Assembly: GCA_000182565.2 (NCBI GenBank)
Contig: KQ257450.1
Length of the DNA stretch: 64,000 bases
Source: Spizellomyces punctatus DAOM BR117
Taxonomy: Eukaryota
Direction: 5' to 3' (one strand)
Position numbers and translations under genes: made by a program
Part shown: positions 13,740 to 23,299 of the stretch, piece after piece
Layout: each line of letters begins with the position of its first letter
Position numbering within the stretch: the stretch's first letter is position 1
Notes under the pieces: model-generated
What the model saw: the letters and a program-made list of their open reading frames with translations, nothing else
Told to the model about the DNA's origin: nothing
Database searches by the model: none

Positions 13740-14782
13740 TTGTTGATGATCAAGAAGAGAAAAGACACAGAATTGGGTATTGAATGATGAGAAGGGGAAA
13801 GGAGGCAGTGTGGTCCCTCTTATAGCCCGTAGGATATCTGGGGACTTCTTTTAATTTCATGCATCTGGAAATGCGGCTCAACTCCGATCGTCCAGATCTT
13901 TACCTCAACGATGGAGTTCTTTTTTTCTTTTTGGTTGCTTTGGACAACAAGGCGGCGCTCTGTCAAAGAGCGGAAGTCTCTAGGTGAATCAACATTGACC
14001 AAATGTGAGTTCTGGAATAGCAGTTGGACGATGCGAGACGTTAAACCGTCTGTGGTAATGACATCTAAGTTTCTCCGGAGGCTTGCCAAACACATTAACC
14101 TTACCGTGAACCTTTTGATTCCAGAAATGCAGACAAAGGGTGACCCCCAAATATTCTTCATTGTGCGATTCCCAACTATCGGCCTTTGTCATTGAGCCAC
14201 AGTCCAGGTACATTGAAGACGAGATCCATGTCTTCAAAAGTTTACAAGAGAAACAATGATAACGTTACGTTCCTGTAAACGAAAACATTCGGGCGTTTTC
14301 GATACGTTCCTGCAATAATGGACACCGGCTTTATTGGAAACAAACCGGTGCTAATTATAATTCCGGGCTTCAGCGGAAAATAGATCGTGAGGCAGCGCCT
14401 CGTACTGGACATCAACAGGGAGACGGCTGTGTCTATTTGGGAGCATTGGGTCGATTCGGGCAGTAACAGTCTCGGGGTGATGTATGAAGATCGATCGCCA
14501 ATGGAGTTCTGGAATCCTGTGCTTGGGTACTCCTTAACCCACACTGACTGAAAGAACGATGGTGAAATTCAAGATGTCGTGCCTTCTGGAATGTTTTGAC
14601 CACGGGAGATGATGCGGAGAACCATCCCCAAACGCTGTCTCTCTAACTTGGAAATGTGTCCTTCGGCCATCCTGTCTCCATCTCAAAATAACTCTTGGTG
14701 GCGGGTCTATTTCTTTTCAATAAATGTCCTGCCCCAGTGACAAATTCCTCCCTTCCGCTCTCCTAAGGATCTCTACGCAAAG

Positions 14783-17476
14783 ATGCGACTTAATTGTCTA
14801 ATATTAGTTTTGCTGGCAACTGCCAGCCAACTTGTTTCGTCCTGGCCTAATGGAAATTTCACTTATCGAGTACCATTCGCTCCGGGTGGCGGGTCTGCGG
14901 GTATCGCAGAAACACAGTCAAGATACATCCCTCAAGCGAAGCTTTTATACAAGTCCATCAACAGTGGAGCTACTGCCTGGGCGGACATGAAAAATGATCC
15001 CAAAGATGGTTCAATCGTAAGTAGATAACACTTACTCTTTTTCCAAAGTTTGTCTGTCCGCTTAATTACCACTCTTTAGATTACTTTAATCAACTTGCCA
15101 CATATTTATATTCAACCCTACGTTCCTGAACTTCGCGCCAATTACACGCCAGATGACATTGCCATTGCCTACATCCACACAGTACGTAGTAGTATCACCG
15201 AGTTGCAACTGGGATGCCGTCGCTGATGACTAGGTACCTTTATTTTGACCAGTATACACCATTGGTGCTTCTCGTACCAAAACACAACAGCACTATTCTC
15301 ACTTGGTCAGACTTTGTCGCCGCATGTAAGACCCGGCATATAACGGTTTCCGGTGCTGGAACCGGAACCGTTTTCGAAACTGGCTCGGGTCGTTTGCGAC
15401 AATTGGCCCGCATCAAGTTCGATTACCTCTCCGCCGGAACAGGTGCAACTACTGCCATCACTGAGATGCTCAAAGGAAAGTATGATGCTGCGTGGACTAC
15501 CACACCTGTCGTGAAAGACCGAACAGATGTGCGTGTACTGGCAATTGCTTCAGGTTGGTGCAATAAATCCTTGCGCAACTTGCCTTGCGCATTAGCTAAC
15601 TTTTATATTCTATCCTCCAGAATACGAATTCCCCACCGTAAGTTGAAGCTGCACGGATGGAGTTTCATTTGCCAACAATTTATTAACAAGCAGTTCGTTG
15701 CAGATTGATGCTCCCACTTTCCGGACTTTGGGCATCAACTACATTGATGGTATCTACCGCGGTGTTGGTCTGCCTGCAGGAACACCAGAAAGCGTCATGA
15801 AGGTAAGCAATGGCTGCATTGAGTATTATGCTGATGGTTGCTCAAAATTATTATGCATTACAGGAAGTTTCCAACTACTTTAATGCATTGAACCGCAACA
15901 AGACCTTCATCGCTGAGGTCCAGGCAGACAACGGCGCCTTAATGTTTATGCCATATGACTCGCCTTCCTTGAACTATTTCACTGCAACGTACCGAAAGTC
16001 TATTTACAATGTGCTATTCCCTACCGACCCGATCTCCCGTGGGTCCATCTACGCCTTCTTTGGTAAATACCATCAAACTCAAGCATAAAGTGATTTGAAG
16101 TTAAAATTAACCTTATGGTATTCTAGCTTTTGGCGGCCTGGGAATTCTGCTATGCCTGGCATCTGCTATTTTCAGCTTCATCTTCCGTAACACTCCCGTC
16201 ATCAAAGGCTCCAGTTACTTTTTCAACAACATTATTATCTTTGGCATTGTTCTGGCGTATGCCTCGGTGATTGTTACGAGTCTTCAAATGCCATTGAAGG
16301 GTGTCACTGAACGTACCCTCAGCGCTGGCTGCAAAGCCCTTCCCTGGTTGCTTGGCTTGGGCTTCGACATAACGTTTTCGGCCATCATTGTCAAATCATA
16401 CCGACTCTACAGGTACGACAGAGATTGCACGCCATGAAGAACAGCAATGATCTTTTGTGCTCATTAACGGTTCTGGATAGATTGTTCTTGTTTACTGCTT
16501 CCAAGATTGTCCAGTTCGACGCAAGCAATCTTGCGATTCTGAAATGGGTGTTTGGAATCTGCGGCATCAACGCCATTGTCTACCTCGTGTGGACGGTGCA
16601 AGACCCACTCTCTGCGGAGCTATTGAGTATGGATGGCGACGACACCTTTTACTACAGCTGCACTTCCGAAAACGCATCCGCGTATTTGGGTGTTGTGCTG
16701 TTATTGAAATACATCATGCTATGCTGCTGCATCTTCTTTAGCGTAAAGCTTAGGGATCTGAACGCCATGTTGAACGAGGTAAGCAGCGGGTTGCCCCCTT
16801 TTGAGAAATATTGGATAATATTCACTCAGTATGGCTATTCCTCTAGACCAAGGCCATTGCCGCCGCAACATTCTCCACCACCTTCGTCTTGACTGTTTGC
16901 TTGGCTGTATATGCCCTCGTGAGCAGCTTCGAGGGACGATACATAATTCTGGTCGGGGGTACGACTGTCGGTGCCACAACCTGCCTAGGAGCTCTCTTCC
17001 TCCCCAAAGTTATGGTAGCCCTCTTTAACCCCGACGCCAACACCTTTGACTACATTCGTCGTGTTGTGAAAGGCTCCGACTTGTCTCGTGGAGCTTCCTC
17101 TGGTGGAGAAGGTGCAGCTCGATCGGGCTCGATTGACGCCAGATCAACGGGACGTGGCTCAATGGACCTTTTCACATCGAATCCTGTTCTCTTACACCCA
17201 CCACAAAGTACAATCAGTAATTCATCAATGACGCCTATTTACGTGCAGGAGGGGCGTGCGTTCAACCGTGAACACCGTGACCGAATCAATGCTCTTGCTC
17301 GTGTTATATGCAACACTGCCTCTGAAGGCCGTGTGAGCGAATTCCAAAACCATGTGGGCAAATTGGCCCAGTTTGCCTCTCGGATCCGCGTCATGGCGAC
17401 TGCTAAGAGCCGTGCTTTCTCTATACCCAGCATCAAGTCGGGGGAGCAAATTGCTGAAGATGTTGATGAGCCTTAG
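14783..17476 (+). CDS. Class C (GABA-B-like) GPCR with an extracellular TctC/Bug-type solute-binding domain; 9 exons
   Basis: Exons 14783-15016, 15080-15181, 15253-15553, 15621-15637, 15704-15802, 15864-16062, 16127-16412, 16481-16778 and 16847-17476 splice in frame. Signal peptide; TctC-type motifs WP..VPFAPGGGS, PKDGSI, GAGTGT, VRVLAIAS, PTFRTLG, RGVGLPAGTP; 7TM motifs FRNTPVIKGSS, C...PWLLGLGF, AIIVKSYRLYRLF, VWTVQDP, NETKAI, LFLPK. Confidence 0.88.
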
Positions 17477-17947
17477 AAGGCTGAATTTGAGGGGTGGTGC
17501 TTCGACTTGTAAAGATACCTTTACCTAGACTACTTGTTTTTTGTTCTCACTTAATAGCATTTCTCAGCGTTTTTTCCAAATGAGCTCTAACTGTCGCTCC
17601 CTTTTTGGCAAGTATTGAATCTGTGAAGAAGCAGTGTGCAGATGACAGTTGAGTCTCGATTGTCAAGTGCCATTCAATACAATACTAAATATAGCAGTCA
17701 AAAGTTGCGAGAAAAGCCTAACCGTAACATTGAAGCATTAGTGACCCTCCAAAGGTAACTGCCGCCCTTAAGAATCTCACACAGAGGCAGCATGTTTGAA
17801 GGGGGTATGCGAGTATCGTGCAGAGGTCTATCATCCCTTTCTTGCAAGGACGGCCAGTGGCACTCTCTCGAATCACTACGTTCATTGGAAGCGTATAGAC
17901 AAAAACTGCCTAGAGGTTTATATACAAGTTGCGACCACACGAGCACA

Positions 17948-20900
17948 TCAATCCATCATGTCAAGCTGCAACAACTAGATTAGTACCTGTGACCGAAAGA
18001 AAAAAGGAAAGGAAATCGCAGCCTCCATACCAAATCCTCTTCCTCCACCTCATCCTCGTCACCTTTCGATATTGCTGCTGGCGGCTCGTCCTCGGCCCGG
18101 AGAAACTGTGAAAGGGGAACGAAAGGTTAAATAAATAATAGGAAATATACTGCCAAAAGATCACCGCATCATACCGCATCCGCTTCTTCTCTTGTAACGT
18201 TACTATCACCTGCTTCATCTTTAGTGATGAGTGAGATCTGCTGGTCAACGACCCGCCGCCAAAATGGTGCGTGACGGACGGACTCCCCAACAGACAGGAG
18301 GTGCTTCAGCCCACGTAGCCAATTGTTGAACTGGTCGGATTCGTCGTTTTCGGCAGAGACCTTACGTAGAACAACGAGGCAATTCGTTGCTTTGTCATAA
18401 AGCTGATCGCCAAAGGACTCTGTAACTAATTTTACGATGACCTCGCACATTTGCTCCACCGCTTCGCAGATGATGGTTTCAGATTTACAAAAGATTGCGA
18501 ATACAGGTAACTCCGCCTACCTTTTGTGACCAGATCAATGTCTCTTCTCCCGACCATGGCATTGAAATCGCTAATGGGATCAACTGTGGACACTTTCTCA
18601 ACATTGCGCGCTGTTAGATCGGTCAAGTTTTCTGGCATTGGTTCCTCGACTTTGATTCGCTTTTCAGCTGGACCATTATCGGGGCGATTAAGCACCTCTT
18701 CTGCATCTATCCTATTGGCAGATCTAGCGGCCCAAGCACGCTTTCCTGAACCTTTCTGCTTTTCAACTGTTCAAAAGATCAGCACAAAGCACAACATGAT
18801 TGACTTGGTCGCGTTCCGGTACCTCGAGTTATCTTGAAAGCATCTTTCAATTTTTCGGCTGCTGATTTTGCTCTTTCAACAACGTCTGGTATTGGTTCAA
18901 TGCACGCCATAATTTGTGGGTTCACAGGTGGCAGTTCCGCTTTGTCAGGATGGATAGCACGATAGGCAATGCACTGGTAGATACGCTGCCAGCCTGGGTT
19001 GAATACGTCCTTTGGTCTAAAGGCTTCCCTCTTGTGGCTGCAAGCTTGGTCAGCATCCAAGGCACCCAAGACTTGCCGCATTCAACATGTTCTCACCCGT
19101 CTTCATCCTCCACAGCGTCCGTCAAATCCATTGCGTCAATAAAGGCGTCCATACGCCTCATTGCCTCGTCAGCGGGGACCTGACGAGCATCGAGCTTATG
19201 TTTCTTCTTGCTTGAACTAGCAGGTGAGTCAGTATGAGATTGGGTATTATTAGAAGGCGATAGTGTCGAAACAGCCAAGGTTGAGTTAGATGCGGATGTG
19301 TCTTCAGCTAGCAGGTGATCCAAAGGTGCAAAGGAATAAGGTCGTAAATCCTCTGCAAAGGGAATCTGTGTCGGCCGTCAGGAATCAAACTGTGATGGAG
19401 GAAACGAACTCTGACACACGCACTTGTGCCCACCATCCCCACCCTTTTCTGGCTGGTACCAGCACACCAAGCTTCGGATTGGCGTCATTAACACGGACAT
19501 AACGGACGAGGGCCGCATTCTGCTTTTCGTCAAGCGCCGCGATTAATGTGTAGAATGTCTGCGCCGCTCGTGAATTGCCTGGTTCGGGAACAACAGCCAA
19601 CACATTTGCCATCAAGTGATGACGGGGTACCTGATACCCTATTTAATACCGGCGATATTCGCAGCATAGCAAACAGTAATACCTCGCTCTGTTTGACGAA
19701 GCCTAATATTGACATCCCTTTGGACGTACGTAGTTTCATTGCTTCTTCGTCTTCCGACGAGAAAGGGACCAGGGTTTTGCCATATCTATAAGCCCTCACA
19801 AGATCATCCTTTGATATACTCTTATCCTGCCCGTTTTGATCCTTCTGCAAGTCAGCATCTCCCAAAGCAGGTTTGTAGCTTCGCTGCATTTCCACTTCGC
19901 CGTACGTTGCCCCATTGCGCTCCCCTTCAGAAATAGCTTCTGCGAGCGCAGACCACTTTTTGGCGGAGGGCAGTTTCATCTCTGCTGTCTTGTTATAGAC
20001 CCACACAGGGATTTCAAGTGATTCCGCGGGATGACTCTCAGGATCACCCAACGTAAGTGGTCCTCGAAATACGGTAACTGGTTTTACTGACTTTGAGCGC
20101 AAGCGCTCTAGCAACTCGGACGCTTCGTCTCCACTGAATAGGTTCCCTTCCGCCCTCTCGGTGAAACCGCGTAGAAACTCTTCATTGATCGCCTGACAGA
20201 ATGTTAGCATAACCAGACTCCTTATGCGGTAGCGATCATCCAAACTGCTTGCCTTCACATCGGACTTATGCTCGTGCTTAATTCCGTGATCTGGATCATC
20301 GAAATCGTACCCGCTGCATATCAAACGAGAAAGCTTGTGAGAAATCTAATAACATTGAGTTCCACAGCAGATGATCCCACTCATACATCAGATTGAATGT
20401 GACTGCCAATTCTTTTACTTTCTCGGCAACAGCATCGCTGCCCTCGGTATCCACGGGATTTTCGGCATCCGTGAACACGTAGATTTTTTTTTCGTACTTT
20501 AACTTCCTGCAATGTTGCTCGAGCATATGTAGACCCAGTATGATGGCATCCATGACTGACGATGCACACATGTTGTTAAATATGGGAGACGCGTGTCATC
20601 CTAGCCGTCGTACCTACCATCACCAATAGCAGTCCCTTCTTCCGTACCCCTCTCCACATATTTCAGAAGCTCCAGATTCGGCTGCTTGAAGAGAGCAGCC
20701 TCGTCCTCTTCAAAGCAATACGCCTTGATATGCTGATACTGCTCACCCTCCGCCAAGATGTTATCCGACTCTGAAGCGGGCAAGACGGTTATCTGACTGT
20801 CGCGTGAGAGAAATCCACGGATCTCGTACCTTCTGTTCCAACCAACAATAATGCAACCTGGTCCGTCTTTCGCCCTGGTATTATCTAAATTGACTGAAAT

Positions 20901-21069
20901 AGTCAGAATAGGTTGCATTGTTGCTTCAAGTGTTCGAGACCTTTGAGTGAAGAATTTGGAATAAGGCTTCGTGCGCTCTTTGATGATTTGTTTTGCCCCC
21001 TTCCTCCTTCTTCCTTCGCATAGAAGGATTGACGTCCACAATGAGGACCGTTGCCTCCTTGCTCGCCAT
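17948..21069 (-). CDS. KU80: Ku80 (XRCC5) NHEJ DNA end-binding protein, multi-exon
   Basis: MASKEATVLIVDVNPSM vWA start, YRYGKTLVPFS, LVRYV..NPKLGVLVP, FNPGWQRIYQC, C-terminal VSTVDPISDF..SFGDQLYDKA, ending EEEDL/LDMMD*. Confidence 0.95.
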
Positions 21070-21617
21070 CTTTTCGTCAAATTGTGGGTGGAAGATACCA
21101 CGGCAGGCCCCAACCCACATTTAGAGTTTGCCATGGCAACAGTGTAATGGATTGCACGGCCACCGGTCGGAGTTTAGCTCCGTGGCTCTTGAGGATCAAT
21201 AGGATCAACACGAAGAACCTTCGTGAAGGTCACTGAAAAACCCTTTGTTTACCTACCCGAATCTTCAATAGGATTAAGAAATGACATCAATCACTGATAA
21301 CACTCTGTGTGTCCATGCCCCGAAATCTCGAATAGCATAACCGAAATGAAAGGAACATTGGGTTCCGCCGTAGCGCCCCCAGAGGTCCGGACATTACTAT
21401 TGTTTTGCAGAATGACAACAAACAACTGGATACGACCCATTCAGTTCCGGCAGAATGATATCAACCACGGGTACTATTCTTAGTAAATTTGGGAATCCGC
21501 AACAAATCATGCGGTTGCCTATAAGAGCGAAGGGTTCTGTGCCCTCCCTTGTAAGTTACCATAGGTAGCCTAACATCGACTGCTGCGCCCCTATATCCCC
21601 CTGAACCCTCGTGCGCC

Positions 21618-23042
21618 ATGCACCTGTTTACCCTCGCTGTTATTACCCTAAGCCTGATTGGTGAGTTTCATCACTGCATATCTGCACTATTCTTCCATCC
21701 CCCTGATCACTAGTGCTTTCTGAACAACAGGCAGCACCGTTGCTGCTCCCAGTGGCAATACATGCCCTACTTGTATTGCAACACCAGGGAGTAACCTATG
21801 TGACATTACAACGTCATGTACTAGCGTTACTCTTAAAAAAACCGCTGAGACAAAGCTATTTTGTGCGTGTCGTCCTGGGTTCAAGGTATAATAACGCCTC
21901 TTTATGCGATGCTTTCTTCCCATACTTAACAAATGAATGTGATCTAGGCTGCTGCCCCAAACACCGATTCCCTAACCCATTTTCGTGCGGAATGGTTGAC
22001 CGATGGACAAGATCACCGGGTCTTTGTTCCACCAGTAAGTATCAGGCTGTCAGTATGTCTCAGATGGTGCCAGAACGCTGATGGTTTTCCATTTGATTAG
22101 GGCGTTGTTTGCAACACACGTAAGTAAGATGAAAACGCATTGAACGCACGACCACTGCTGATCGTCATCCAATACTTTCAATAGCCTGTACTACTTATGG
22201 TACAGATGCCTGCAGTGAGATTCCTATACGTGACTTGAGTGGTGTTTGCCCTGCAAGTGGAGGAGTTACAACAACGTAAGAGGCTGCCATTAACATCCTG
22301 TGCCTTGAGCCATCCCGCAAAGTGTACTTATCAATTGATATACTCGCTGTGATACAGGAAAGCTGCCACCACCACGACCAAGGCAACGACCACGACAAAA
22401 GCTACAACCACTACCAAGGCGACGACGACGACAACGACCACCAAGGTTCCAACAACGACAACCACGACAAAAGCGACCACCACTACAACGACTACCAAGG
22501 TTCCAACAACGACAACCACGACAAAAGCGACCACCACTACAACGACTACCAAGGTTCCAACAACGACAACCACGACAAAAGCGACCACCACTACAACGAC
22601 TACCAAGGTTCCAACAACAACGACGACCACAGCAACAAAAGCGGTGACCACAACGTCAGTCGTCCCCTCCACGACAAGCCTGGCTCCTCAGCCCTCGTTG
22701 GCACCCACGCTATCAGGCATCTGCAGCAGTTGTCCCATCAACGGAACAGTATGCGCGGGAACGTCGATCTGCACCTCCACCATCTACGGCCCAATGTGCG
22801 CTTGCCCCGATGGCTTCAAGGCCAGCACAGACAACCTTAATATTACAATTCAATGGCGCCTCAACGGAATGAATACGACCACGGTGTATGTCGCTCGTGG
22901 TGTCACCTGCACTGTTCCTTGTCAGGGATCCGAATGTCGTAAGTTAAAAGTTCAATAACCCGTTCAATTTGACCGGAACTAACATTTTATTTCTTGTTGA
23001 CCTTTAATAGAGGAGGTCGCAGCCTCTGATTGTGAAGTATAA
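21618..23042 (+). CDS. Secreted protein with two 10-Cys modules joined by a Thr/Lys-rich mucin-like stalk
   Basis: Signal peptide MHLFTLAVITLSLIG; module 1 CPTC..CDITTSC..CACRPGFKA..RVFVPPGVVCNTPC..CSEI; module 2 CSSC..C..C..CACPDGFKA..VYVARGVTCTVPC..CQEV; GT-AG introns including a 19-nt exon. Confidence 0.8.
22441..22620 (+). repeat. Perfect 54-bp coding minisatellite (3 copies plus a partial; encodes KVPTTTTTTKATTTTTTT)
   Basis: CCAAGGTTCC recurs at 22441, 22495, 22549 and 22603. Confidence 0.95.
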
Positions 23043-23299
23043 TTGACAACATATTATGTCATATAGCTGGAAACATGTTATTATGTAGTGAGATGCACTT
23101 AGATTACTTTAGAAGGATGTGATTTGAAAATCATTGTGGAGATAGTGGAGACTAATTTGATAGAGAGGATATAGAAAGATGGGGGATTGAGGGAGATGTT
23201 GTGCTCATCACATCTACTGATGTGGGAACACAACGATATATACCAAGCTCATCAGCATAAACATGGTGCTGAACATAGATGCCGAAACTCCCTGAAATA

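Noticed and set aside
14783-16062. Bacterial contamination as the source of the TctC-like sequence
   Set aside because: Interrupted by canonical spliceosomal introns and in frame with a eukaryotic 7TM domain
22441-22620. Regular repeats resembling a CRISPR array
   Set aside because: Head-to-tail identical units with no unique spacers, inside a eukaryotic exon
22322-22840. His/Asp/Asn-repeat ORF (+) and poly-Val ORF (-)
   Set aside because: Alternative-frame and antisense readings of the Thr-rich repeat of the secreted protein
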